From Stellaceae bacterium (GTDB lineage: Bacteria; Pseudomonadota; Alphaproteobacteria; ATCC43930; CGMCC-115725), in contig DATEQL010000441.1 of NCBI GenBank assembly GCA_035272665.1, positions 1-46,236 of the forward strand: a DNA stretch of 46,236 nt, read 5' to 3'. The notes beneath the pieces were generated by a model. The model was not told the origin of the DNA, searched no databases, and worked only from the letters and a program-made list of their open reading frames with translations. Numbering within the stretch: position 1 is the stretch's first letter; each line of letters begins with the position of its first letter. This document shows positions 1 to 9,140 of this stretch, one piece after another. The position numbers and the translations under genes were made by a program.

Positions 1-879
1 ATCGAAAGGCGGCTTGTCGCGGTTGACGAGGAGATGCCGGTTGACCGCGCCGGGGGTCCACTCGCAGATCGCCTGCGCCACCCGGTCTTGGATGTCCTTC
101 ATCAGCGGAACCGTCAGCTGGAACGGCGCGGTCATGTCGAACTTTCCGGCAGTGAAGGCCAAGACCGCCGTCGCCGGGTCGGGGATGATCGTATGCTCGA
201 TGCCGTCGAGATAAGGCCGGTCCGGCTTCCAGTAATCGGGGTTGCGCGCGACCTTGACGTATTCCTTCGGCTTGAACTCCATCAACTTGAACGGGCCGGT
301 GCCGATCGGATGCTGGCGCATGTCGCGCGGCGAGACATGACAGGGATAGATGACCGAGAACCCGCTGGCGAGCGTCATCGGAAAGGCCGGCTGCGGCCGC
401 TTCAGATGAAACGTGACCTCGTAATCGCCGTTCGTGGTGACCGCCGCGAGGTTGTAATAACTGGATTTACGCGGATTGATGCGCAGCTTCTCGGGGCCCG
501 TTTCCATATAGAGGTCCCAGGTGCATTTGACGTCCCGGGCGGTGAACGGCTTGCCGTCGTGCCATTTGACGCCGTGGCGCAGCTGGAAGGTCAGATCGGT
601 GCCATCCTCGTCCCATGACCAGCTCGTCGCCAGATCGGGGACGATCGATTGCAGACTGTCCTGCGCCACATGCTGGTCGAACATGACCAGATTGTTGAAC
701 ATCCCCATGATCGGCAATTCGGCGTTGGCAAACTCTTCGAGCATCGACAGGCTGCCAATACTCTCGGGGTTGTATATCCTCAGCGCGCCACCGCTCTTTT
801 GAGCGGATGCCGTCGTCGCGATCGAAAGCGCGGCCAGAAAGCCGGTCATCGCGCAGAAGCCTCGAATGTTCTGCTGCAT
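1..879 (-). CDS. ABC transporter substrate-binding protein, family 5 (peptide/nickel/opine type); C-terminal part lies beyond the window edge
   Basis: It is missing from the ORF track because it runs off the window. My reverse-complement read from the ATG at 877-879 gives MQQNIRGFCAMTGFLAALSIATTASAQKSGGALRIYNPESIGSLSMLEE, a signal peptide plus mature N-terminus. This is colinear with the 3329-4927 SBP. An identical 30-mer, ggtgaacggcttgccgtcgtgccatttgac, occurs at 541-570 and 4586-4615. Confidence 0.8.
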   Translation of the reverse strand, partial: MQQNIRGFCAMTGFLAALSIATTASAQKSGGALRIYNPESIGSLSMLEEFANAELPIMGMFNNLVMFDQHVAQDSLQSIVPDLATSWSWDEDGTDLTFQLRHGVKWHDGKPFTARDVKCTWDLYMETGPEKLRINPRKSSYYNLAAVTTNGDYEVTFHLKRPQPAFPMTLASGFSVIYPCHVSPRDMRQHPIGTGPFKLMEFKPKEYVKVARNPDYWKPDRPYLDGIEHTIIPDPATAVLAFTAGKFDMTAPFQLTVPLMKDIQDRVAQAICEWTPGAVNRHLLVNRDKPPFD

Positions 880-1024
880 GTCCTCCCCTCCTCGATTGCT
901 GCCCGTTTGCCGAACTCTGAGGAGGAGATTAGCACGTAATGGGTGGACCGTGAGGGCTACTGGTCGAGTCAGACGTCTTCGAAGCGTCCTCGCGCTACCA
1001 TTCCAGCCTCGGGCCTGAACCACC

Positions 1025-1100
1025 GAGATTGCTTCGCTTCGCTCGCAATGACACCGCAGATAGCTGTCATTGCGAGGAGCGCAGCGACGACGCAATCTCG
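1025..1100. repeat. REP-like intergenic palindromic element (pair of GTCATTGCGAG...GCAATCTC units in inverted orientation)
   Basis: gagattgcttcgcttcgctcgcaatgac (1025-1052) faces gtcattgcgaggagcgcagcgacgacgcaatctcg (1066-1100). The first unit is the exact reverse complement of 2235-2262. Confidence 0.75.
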
Positions 1101-1144
1101 ACGCGAGGCTCGATCATGACGGGAGTCATGGCTGGTTCCGACCG

Positions 1145-2044
1145 CTAGAGCAGGTCGGCGACCGCGTTCCAATAGCGCTTCATCGCGGCGATATGATCGC
1201 TCATCGATCGGCCTGCTATGCGGTGCAGGTGGCCGCTCTCGTAGTAATTGGCCAAGGTCAGGTGGGTGACGCCGATCGACTTCCAAAAACCCAGCTGCTC
1301 GCGCCACTCGGCCTCCGCGCCGGCACCGGCCGAGACCCGCGTGTCGATGCCGATCGTCGCCGGATCACGGCCGGCCTCCTCGGCATAGCGATGCAATGTC
1401 GCGATCGCCCTTCTTGCTTCCTCCCCGGGCGGGTAGGCAAGCGGCATCCAGCCGTCGCCCCATCTGGCGCAGCGGCGCAATGTCACGTCGGCGTGCCCGC
1501 CATACCAGAGCGGGATCTTGCGCCCGGTGGGCAGCGGGTTGATCCCCGCATCCTCGATCGTGTGCCATTTGCCCTTGAAGGTGACGTGCGGCTGCGCCCA
1601 CAACGCCTTCATGACCTCGACCTGCTCTTCGGAGCGGCGGCCGCGGTTGTGAAAATTCTCGTTGAGCCCAACGAACTCCACCTCGTTCCAACCGACCCCG
1701 ATGCCGAGCCGAAACCGGCCACCCGACAGGACGTCGAGACAGGCAGCCTGTTTGGCGACGAGCACGGTTTGACGTTGCGCCAGGATCAACACTTGGGTGG
1801 AGAAGTCGGCGATCTTGGTGCATCCGGCAAGAAAACCGAACAACATGAACGGGTCGTGATACCAGTCGGTCGATCGGGCTCGCCCCTGGGTCCAATTGGG
1901 TCGGCTAGCGACATTGACGCCGAGCACGTGATCGGGTGCGGCAATGCCGTGATAACCGATCCCCTCCGCCGCCTGGGCAAAATCCCGTAACGCCCCTGGC
2001 TCACCACCGATATCGACGATCGGAAGGGCAACGCCGAGTTTCAT
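1145..2044 (-). CDS. LLM-class (luciferase-like) flavin/F420-dependent oxidoreductase
   Basis: 299-aa ORF MKLGVALPIVDIGG...GRFRLGIGVGWNEVEF...; the length and motifs are typical of TIGR03619-like luciferase-like monooxygenase family proteins. Confidence 0.8.
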   Translation of the reverse strand: MKLGVALPIVDIGGEPGALRDFAQAAEGIGYHGIAAPDHVLGVNVASRPNWTQGRARSTDWYHDPFMLFGFLAGCTKIADFSTQVLILAQRQTVLVAKQAACLDVLSGGRFRLGIGVGWNEVEFVGLNENFHNRGRRSEEQVEVMKALWAQPHVTFKGKWHTIEDAGINPLPTGRKIPLWYGGHADVTLRRCARWGDGWMPLAYPPGEEARRAIATLHRYAEEAGRDPATIGIDTRVSAGAGAEAEWREQLGFWKSIGVTHLTLANYYESGHLHRIAGRSMSDHIAAMKRYWNAVADLL

Positions 2045-2234
2045 CTGTACCTCCTATGCCAGATCGGTCAATGCTTCGGCGGCGGCTGCGCCGGGGCCGG
2101 CACCGAGATGTAATCCTGAATATCTCGACCTGCCAACGTCCACGGTACCCCGCCAAAGGTCACCGAGCTTTGCCTCACAGCGGAATCAACCTAATGTCCC
2201 GGTTCAGAAGTTCGTTATATAAATGGCCGCGTTC

Positions 2235-2323
2235 GTCATTGCGAGCGAAGCGAAGCAATCTCGTGCCGCGGAGCTGAATCTGCCCGAGATTGCTTCGTTG
2301 CCCTGCGGGCTCCTCGCAATGAC
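2235..2323. repeat. REP-like intergenic palindromic element, second copy
   Basis: gtcattgcgagcgaagcgaagcaatctcg (2235-2263) faces gagattgcttcgttgccctgcgggctcctcgcaatgac (2286-2323). It uses the same unit family as 1025-1100. Confidence 0.75.
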
Positions 2324-2436
2324 AATCGTTGTGGAATAATGCCGCGCACTTCTGGTTCAGGACACTAGATACGGCAGCTGCTGATCGGTTTTGCTGCCGC
2401 AGGCGGACGCATGGCGTCGAGGATCTGACCGGGCTG

Positions 2437-3150
2437 TTACGGGTTGACGCGAAGACCGACGAAGCGGGCAAGAAACTCCGCCCGCGCGAGCTGGTGCTGC
2501 AGAGTGAGCCACTGCTGTTCCACGGTAAGCGGCCGCCACGGTCCACCAAGCAGCGCCTGGCCCGTCCCGTCGAACCTTGGCCGGCGGCCATCGAATATCA
2601 GAAGGCTGTCGAGTCCACGCTGGTCGAGGGTCCAGTTGCGTATCGGCCCGGTATCGATGTGGATAAAACCCGAATGCGGATACCAGCCGACGCCGCCGCG
2701 CCGCATTGCCCGGGCTTTGGTCATCGCATCGGTAAGCCTCGATTCGAGGCGAATATCGAGCGCACGGCCGACGATATGCTGGCTGTGCTCGGCAACGCCA
2801 AAAGTGGTGCGGGCGAGCATCGCGTTCGTCTCGGCCGTGCGATAGGCCGAAAGGATCGTCGCTTTGGTCTCGCCCACCGCGTCTAGCACATCGGCCAGGA
2901 AGTCGATCACTCCGACACCGATCTGCGTCTTCTGCTCGGAGTGATGGTCGCGGAGAAAAATGCAGAGTTCCTCGATGACCCCTTCGATCGGACCCTTATC
3001 GTCGCGGTACGCCCCGTCGAAAGTCTCACCGGTATGCGTGTTGACCAGCCGCAGCCGACGCAGTGCGATGGGCGGGCGGGAAACCGCATACGCTATCGAC
3101 GGCCATGTGATGCACCCAGCCACCAAGGATAGAAATGAACGTCGATCCAT
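2437..3150 (-). CDS. DUF882 / YcbK-like peptidase M15A family protein with Tat-type signal
   Basis: 237-aa ORF. The N-terminus MDRRSFLSLVAGCITWPSIAYA has a twin-arginine motif. The core ...SAYRTAETNAML...HSQHIVGRALDIRL...GGVGWYPHSGFIHIDTGPIRNW is the DUF882 zinc-peptidase signature. Confidence 0.8.
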   Translation of the reverse strand: MDRRSFLSLVAGCITWPSIAYAVSRPPIALRRLRLVNTHTGETFDGAYRDDKGPIEGVIEELCIFLRDHHSEQKTQIGVGVIDFLADVLDAVGETKATILSAYRTAETNAMLARTTFGVAEHSQHIVGRALDIRLESRLTDAMTKARAMRRGGVGWYPHSGFIHIDTGPIRNWTLDQRGLDSLLIFDGRRPRFDGTGQALLGGPWRPLTVEQQWLTLQHQLARAEFLARFVGLRVNP

Positions 3151-3328
3151 TCCATCGCTCCTCGTAGATACCTAGCTACTTTCCGGCGCCGCACGCTGAC
3201 CGGCGAGGCCCGACGCCAGAGCGTTCGAACTTGTGTTCCTGATAGCGAATAGGTAGCGCAAATGGCGCGGAACTGGCCCAGCATCGTATTCCAGGCAGAA
3301 GCCGGTCTTACAGCCCCGAGATACGAAC

Positions 3329-4927
3329 CTATTTGTCGAGCCAGACGTCTTCCATGCGCCACTCATTGTAGATGCTGTTGGTCATGATCGTCAGCCCCTC
3401 GACCCAGGGCTGCCGGCAGGTGGCGCCGACCGGATAAAACAGCACCGGCCGGACCGCCGCTTCCGCCAACCTTCGCTCGATCCGCCAGACGATCTCCTTG
3501 CGCTTTTGCGGGTTGGCTTCGATCGACTGCTGGTTCACCAGCTTGTCGAGCTCGGGATTGCAATAGCCGGTATAGTTTCGCGCGGCACCGCAGACGTAGT
3601 TCTCGTAGTACATCTGGTCCGGGTCGTCGACGCCGCTCTCCATCGGCACCGCGCCGACGGTATAGTCCCTGCGCGCCATCTTGGGGTACCAGAGCGCGGT
3701 ATCGACGAGGTCGAGCTCGCCGTCGATGTAGATTTCCTTTAAATGGTCGATCATGATCACCGCAAAGTCCCGCCAGCCGGGAAAGTTGCGCGTCGACACC
3801 TTGATGGCGAGGCGCTTGTCCGGCCCGTAGCCGAGCTGTTCCATGATCTTGCGCGCTTCGGCGCGGTTCTTTTCGACATCGGGATCGTAGCCTGGCAATG
3901 TCTGCAACACCTCTGGCGGCATGCCCCATACGCCTTCCGGCGGCGGCATCATGTTGCCGCCGATGCGTCCCTCGCCTTCGGTCAGGATGTCGACAAAGGC
4001 CTTGCGGTCGACCGACAAGATCATCGCTCGCCGCAACTCGGGATTGTCGAAGGGCGGCGATGCCGGGTTGATCAGCATCGTGCGCGGGACGTTGACGTGC
4101 GAAATCTCACAGACCGCCTGCGGCGCCTGCGTCTTGAAGTCCTTCAAGGTCGGGATCGAGACGCCGAACGGGGTCGTCATGTCGAACCGTCCGGCATAGA
4201 AGGCAAGATCGCGCGGTCCCTGTTCGCGCATGATCGTGTATTCGATGCCGTCGAGATAGGGACGGCCCGGCTTCCAGTAATCCGGGTTTTTCGTCACCTT
4301 GATGTATTCGTTGGGCTTGAATTCGACGAATTTGAACGGGCCGGTGCCGATCGGATGGCTGCGCATGTCGCGCGCCGGCACGTGGCAGGGATAGATCGGC
4401 GCCCAGCCGGAGGCAAGCAGCGCCAAGAGCGCCGGCTGCGGCCGCTGCAGGTGGAAGCTGACCTCGTAATCGCCGTTGGTGCTCACCTGCTCGATGTTCG
4501 CGTACCAGGATTTGCGCGGGTTGATGCGCAGCTTGTCGCTGCCCGTCCCCATTAGCAGGTCCCAGGTACATTTGACGTCGTTTGCGGTGAACGGCTTGCC
4601 GTCGTGCCATTTGACACCCTGATGCAGCGGGAAGGTCAGCTCCTTGCCGTCTTCGCTCCAACTCCAGCTCGTCGCCAGATCCGGCCGCACCGTCTCGAGG
4701 CTCGATTGCGCGATGTGCTGGTCGTAGAGGACGAGATTGTTGAACACGCCCATCATCGGCTGCACGGTGGCGCGCGTCGCCTCCTCGAGGATCGACATGC
4801 TGGCCGGGCTGTCGAAATGCGACAGCTTGAGGACACCACCTTGCTTTTGGGCGAGCGCCGGCCCGCCAGCCAAAATGGCAATCGCCGATCCGAACACGAC
4901 CGTCAGCGCGCCAAGTTTTCCGATCAT
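3329..4927 (-). CDS. ABC transporter substrate-binding protein, family 5
   Basis: The track ORF is 3329-5089. I trimmed it to the internal ATG (4925-4927), which starts the signal peptide MIGKLGALTVVFGSAIAILAGGPALAQ. SBP_bac_5-like motifs are present (VKWHDGKPFTANDV). It is a paralog of the partial gene at 1-879. Confidence 0.85.
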   Translation of the reverse strand: MIGKLGALTVVFGSAIAILAGGPALAQKQGGVLKLSHFDSPASMSILEEATRATVQPMMGVFNNLVLYDQHIAQSSLETVRPDLATSWSWSEDGKELTFPLHQGVKWHDGKPFTANDVKCTWDLLMGTGSDKLRINPRKSWYANIEQVSTNGDYEVSFHLQRPQPALLALLASGWAPIYPCHVPARDMRSHPIGTGPFKFVEFKPNEYIKVTKNPDYWKPGRPYLDGIEYTIMREQGPRDLAFYAGRFDMTTPFGVSIPTLKDFKTQAPQAVCEISHVNVPRTMLINPASPPFDNPELRRAMILSVDRKAFVDILTEGEGRIGGNMMPPPEGVWGMPPEVLQTLPGYDPDVEKNRAEARKIMEQLGYGPDKRLAIKVSTRNFPGWRDFAVIMIDHLKEIYIDGELDLVDTALWYPKMARRDYTVGAVPMESGVDDPDQMYYENYVCGAARNYTGYCNPELDKLVNQQSIEANPQKRKEIVWRIERRLAEAAVRPVLFYPVGATCRQPWVEGLTIMTNSIYNEWRMEDVWLDK

Positions 4928-5228
4928 TTCTGATCCACTCCTTCCACTCGTCACCCGACAGCCGCGGGGCGACCATGATGTCGTCAGGCCATGCGCTGGG
5001 CTGCCGCGGGAGTCCGCTGAAGCGACGCGCACTGCGTTGGATTGCGTCGTCAAGCGCGATCCAGGCAGGCGCCTCCCGTACGCCTTCAATTACGAAATCA
5101 CACGTGAAGAGACCGCCATCAAGCGATGTGCTCTTTGCTCGATTTTCCCCGGCGCACGGCCCCTTCAGCCCACGCGGGTCGGCGCGAGCGGGTCGGAACC
5201 CGCGCCGATTTTCCAGCGATCCCGGCGG

Positions 5229-6725
5229 TCAAGCCGAATTGCGGACGTAGCCGTACCTTAGGTTGCTGCGGCCCGGTCCGTTTCTGACATAGTCGGCCTT
5301 GAACTCGGCGAAGCGGTCGGGCTGGGCGAGTTCAGCGCGCTTGTCGAAATTATAAAGCCGCGCGGTGTTGCCGCCGAAAACCGCCGTTTTGGTCGGGCCA
5401 TCGGCCGGACCCAACGGCTGAAGCCCGTATTTTTTCTGCATATCCTCCGGGATTTCGAGACGGCGCAGGCCTTCGATTTGCCATTGCGGTGCGCCGGTCC
5501 ACACCGCGTCGGTGCCCCACAGCACGTGGTCGGCGCCGAGCCCCTTGACCAGCATGCCCATCAGCGCTGCGGCAAGGCGCGGCTCAGCGACCGTGGTCCA
5601 GGCAAAGAGCTGGCCCAAATCGCCATAAACGTTGGTGACGCCGTATTTCTCCGGTATCTCGGCGAGGTCGCTGGTCCATGAGCTGCGGCCGGTGTTGTCG
5701 AACTCGGCCATGCCCTCGGCCGGCGCGGCGCCGATCCAGCGATAGGCCGAGTGGTAGATCAGGAAATTGAGATCCGGCCAATCCTTGGCCGCCTTGCCGA
5801 CATCGCTGACATCGGCATAAGGGCGCAATCGCGGGAACTTCTCCTCGACGGCCGGCGCGAACAATCCCTTGTGAATGCAGACGTTCTTGATGCCCGATTT
5901 AACCGCCTTCTCGTAGAAGGGGTACATCAGCTTCTCGTCGTCGAGGTGGTAGGGATAGTTGGCGAGCTCCTTATGGGTGTTGTCGCCGACGGTATAGCCC
6001 TTCCACGAATCGGGCTTGTAGACCTCGATCGCCTGATCGACCTGGTCGAGCCAGCCGGGCCAGCCCGGGGTGATCGTGAAATGCGCCATCATCCGCCGCG
6101 TGCCGGCCTCCTTGTTGACCTGCTCGCGGGTCCGGAACACTTGCTCCTGCGGGATGAACCAGTCCTCGGGAACCTCCGAGGGCGAGTTCGACAACAGCGC
6201 CACCTTGGTGTCGCTGTCCATGTAGATCTCTTTGATATAATTGCCGTATTTGAGATCGTCGATGGTCTGTTCCTTATCGCCGATCGCCTTGTTCCAGCCG
6301 GCCTTGCCGACCGCCTCGCGCGCCTTGATGAACCCCATCAGCCTGGTGTCGTCGCGCAGGAAATGGGTGTGGCCGTCGATGATAAATTGCTTCGACAGTG
6401 CGCCGGCACGCTCGGCCGCCATATCCGGCGTCGCCGCCTCGGCCATGCTGACTTCGAAGAGGCGGCCGAACACCTGGTTCATCGCGACAAACGAGGCCGC
6501 CATGCCGGCGGCGGTCTGGAAGAAGCGCCGGCGCGACAGGCCCTGCCGCCGGGCGAGCCGGTCGCTCAGCTCCTTGAGCCGCGCTTCGACCTCGCGCTGC
6601 TTTGCGGTTTGCGGCACCGGCATGTACTCGTCGCTCGACACGATCTGTGTCGGCACCGGCGACGGAAATGACGCCGTTTCGGCCGGCTGCAATTCGCTCA
6701 ATTGCTCATCTGTCAGGAATTTCAT
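5229..6725 (-). CDS. amidohydrolase-2 family metal-dependent hydrolase with internal Tat-like motif
   Basis: 498-aa ORF. SRRRFFQTAAGMAASFVAMN follows a leader of about 60 aa. The HxH metal motif IIDGHTHF is present. C-terminal region ...VLWGTDAVWTG.... Confidence 0.75.
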   Translation of the reverse strand: MKFLTDEQLSELQPAETASFPSPVPTQIVSSDEYMPVPQTAKQREVEARLKELSDRLARRQGLSRRRFFQTAAGMAASFVAMNQVFGRLFEVSMAEAATPDMAAERAGALSKQFIIDGHTHFLRDDTRLMGFIKAREAVGKAGWNKAIGDKEQTIDDLKYGNYIKEIYMDSDTKVALLSNSPSEVPEDWFIPQEQVFRTREQVNKEAGTRRMMAHFTITPGWPGWLDQVDQAIEVYKPDSWKGYTVGDNTHKELANYPYHLDDEKLMYPFYEKAVKSGIKNVCIHKGLFAPAVEEKFPRLRPYADVSDVGKAAKDWPDLNFLIYHSAYRWIGAAPAEGMAEFDNTGRSSWTSDLAEIPEKYGVTNVYGDLGQLFAWTTVAEPRLAAALMGMLVKGLGADHVLWGTDAVWTGAPQWQIEGLRRLEIPEDMQKKYGLQPLGPADGPTKTAVFGGNTARLYNFDKRAELAQPDRFAEFKADYVRNGPGRSNLRYGYVRNSA

Positions 6726-6739
6726 GGCTCCCTCCGCGA

Positions 6740-7852
6740 CTATAGAGGCGTTGCAGGCACTTCAAGATTAAGCAGGCGGGCGGCGTTGCCGCCGAGGATT
6801 GCCCGGCGCTCGACATCATCGAGGCCGGGTGCGCCTTCGATCATGCCAATCGGATCCACCTCCCCCATATCGGCCGGATAGTCGGTGCCCATCAGGATGT
6901 GGTCGGCGCCATATTGCTCGACGAGATAGTCGAGCTGGTGGTGGGTGTAGACGAGGGCATCGAAATAGACGCGCTTCAGATATGTCGTCGGCATCCGGTG
7001 GAGTTGCTCGCAGCAATCCGGCCGCGCCGATGCTGCATGGTCGATGCGACCCGAGTAAGCCGGCAGAAAACCGCCCCCGTGCGCGACGACGAGTTTGAGG
7101 TTCGGATGGTCGCGCAATACACCGCCGAAGATCAAATGATGCAGCGCCACGGTCGAGTCGAGCGGGTTCCCGATCACATTGGAAAAATAATGGTCGGCGA
7201 ACCGCCCCGCCTCGGTGAACCCGTCCGGGTGCATGAAGACCAGCAGGCCCAGCTCCTCGCATCGGGCGAAGATCTTGCGGAAACGGTCGGCCGACAAATC
7301 CTCGCCGGCGACGTGGGTCATGATTTCGATGCCGCGAAAACCTAAGGATTTGTGCAATCGCTCGAGCTCCGCGATCGCGAGATCGGGAGCCTGGAGCGGG
7401 ACCGTGCCAAGGCCAACGAAACGGTCGGGATAGTGCCCGCAGATCTCGGCGATGAAATCGTTGATCGCACGCGACGTGGCGAGCCCGAGATCGGGGTCGG
7501 CGCCGTAATAGGTCTGGCGCGGCGCCGGCGAGATCGCCTGGATGTCGATCCCCATTCGGTCCATGTCCTCGATTCGCGTTTCGGGCGAGACGCTCTGCTC
7601 GTTGGTGCGCTCGCCATTGGCCCGGTTGATGGCGCGGCTCCCCTCGCTCGCCTGGGTTTCGAGAAACCAGCGCGAGACATTCTGAACCTGGGCAAGCGGA
7701 TTGGCGACCGGATTGCCGACGACCAGCTGCGTCGCCTTTTCCGATCGAGCATGGCAATGAATGTCGATCGTGAACCATTTGCCGCGGGCATGCACCGGCC
7801 CCGGGAACCGCCCGGGAATTTCGGCGCCGGGGGGCAGGCACTTGAACAGCAT
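6740..7852 (-). CDS. amidohydrolase-2 family protein (ACMSD/LigW-like decarboxylase/hydrolase family), tandem copy 2
   Basis: The track ORF begins at TTG 7870. I prefer the ATG at 7850-7852 (MLFKCLPPGAEIPG...), which is preceded by a GAGGAA Shine-Dalgarno. It has the IDIHCH HxH motif. It is colinear and highly similar to 7867-8952. Confidence 0.85.
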   Translation of the reverse strand: MLFKCLPPGAEIPGRFPGPVHARGKWFTIDIHCHARSEKATQLVVGNPVANPLAQVQNVSRWFLETQASEGSRAINRANGERTNEQSVSPETRIEDMDRMGIDIQAISPAPRQTYYGADPDLGLATSRAINDFIAEICGHYPDRFVGLGTVPLQAPDLAIAELERLHKSLGFRGIEIMTHVAGEDLSADRFRKIFARCEELGLLVFMHPDGFTEAGRFADHYFSNVIGNPLDSTVALHHLIFGGVLRDHPNLKLVVAHGGGFLPAYSGRIDHAASARPDCCEQLHRMPTTYLKRVYFDALVYTHHQLDYLVEQYGADHILMGTDYPADMGEVDPIGMIEGAPGLDDVERRAILGGNAARLLNLEVPATPL

Positions 7853-7866
7853 CTCGGTTCCTCGAA

Positions 7867-8952
7867 TCAACCCGGCGCGGCCGGGATTTCGATATTCAGC
7901 AGTCGCGCGGCGTTGCGGCCGAGGATTGCCCTGCGCTCGGCGTCATCGAGCCGGGCCGCACCCTCGACAAAACCGATCGGGTCGATCTCGCCCATGTCGG
8001 CTGGGTAGTCGGTGCCCATCAGCACGTGGTCGGCGCCGTACTGGTCGACGAGATATTCGAGCTGGTGATGGGTGAAGACGATCGTGTCGAAATAGAGCCG
8101 CTTCAGATATTCGGTCGGCATCCGGTGGATCTGCTCGCAGCAATCCGGGCGCGCTGAAGCGGCATGGTCGATGCGGCCGGAATAGGCTGGCAGATAGCCG
8201 CCGCCATGGGCGACGACGAGCTTAAGGTTGGGATGGGCATGCAGAACGCCGCCAAAGATCAGATGATGGACGGCGACGGTCGAATCGAGCGGATTGCCGA
8301 TCACATTGACCAGATAATGGTCGGCGAACCGCCGCGCCTCGGGGAAGCCGGTCGGGTGCATGAAGATCAGCATGCCGAGCTCTTCGACCCGCGCGAAGAT
8401 CTTGCGGAAGCGCTCGGCGGAGAGGTCTTCACCGGCGACGTTGGTCGCGATCTCGATGCCGCGAAAGCCCAATGATTTGTGCAGCCGATCGAGTTCGGCG
8501 ACGGCGAGTTCCGGGGCCTGAAACGGCACCGTGCCGAGCGCAGTGAAGCGGTCCGGATGACGTCCGACGATCTCGGCGAGGTTGTCGTTGACAATCCGTG
8601 CCGTGGCGATCCCGAGATCGGGATCGGCGGCATAATAGGTCTGGTTCGGAGAGGGCGAGATCGCCTGGATATCGATCCCCATTCGATCCATGTCTTCGAG
8701 CCGTTTTTCGACCGATGTCGACTGGATGCGGTTCCGCTCCGCCTGCTGGCGGTTGACCTCGCGCGTGCGCTCGTTGGCGTAGACTTCCCTTGGGTGCCGC
8801 GTGGCAGCAGCATTGCCCGCCACCATTTCGGCGGCCTTCGGGGTCAGCACATGACAGTGAATGTCAACGGTGAACCATTTGCCGCGGGCATGAACTGGCC
8901 CCGGAAACCGCCCCGGAATTTGCGCTCCGGGCGGCAGGCATTTAAACAGCAT
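7867..8952 (-). CDS. amidohydrolase-2 family protein (ACMSD/LigW-like), tandem copy 1
   Basis: 361-aa ORF MLFKCLPPGAQIPGRFPGPVHARGKWFTVDIHCH.... Motifs shared with its neighbour include VVAHGGG(F/Y)LPAYSGRIDHAASARPDCCEQ and MGTDYPADMGE. Confidence 0.85.
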   Translation of the reverse strand: MLFKCLPPGAQIPGRFPGPVHARGKWFTVDIHCHVLTPKAAEMVAGNAAATRHPREVYANERTREVNRQQAERNRIQSTSVEKRLEDMDRMGIDIQAISPSPNQTYYAADPDLGIATARIVNDNLAEIVGRHPDRFTALGTVPFQAPELAVAELDRLHKSLGFRGIEIATNVAGEDLSAERFRKIFARVEELGMLIFMHPTGFPEARRFADHYLVNVIGNPLDSTVAVHHLIFGGVLHAHPNLKLVVAHGGGYLPAYSGRIDHAASARPDCCEQIHRMPTEYLKRLYFDTIVFTHHQLEYLVDQYGADHVLMGTDYPADMGEIDPIGFVEGAARLDDAERRAILGRNAARLLNIEIPAAPG

Positions 8953-9140
8953 TTCGCCCCCTCCTCGGTTTCGGCCATATTATGCGTTCTCCGGTCGCGG
9001 AGCGAGCGCGGCCACGAGCCGAGGCAGCGGTCGGAGCCGGATATCCGTGCACTCGTTAGCGTCGGCCCATTTGAGGGAGAAACGAGCATGATCGAGTACT
9101 GCCTCGAACACATCAGTCAGGAAAATTCCGCCCAGTCGGC

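Noticed and set aside
34-618. Long plus-strand ORFs opposite real minus-strand genes. Examples are 34-618, 1070-1990, 3743-4555, 5751-6671, 7352-8008, 8479-9153, 9704-10567, 27925-28875, 33976-35007 and 42388-43770, plus the minus-strand ORF 44931-45617 opposite rlmB.
   Set aside because: These are shadow ORFs typical of high-GC DNA. Their translations are Arg/Ala/Gly/Pro-rich with no recognisable motifs. The opposite strand encodes unmistakable conserved proteins.
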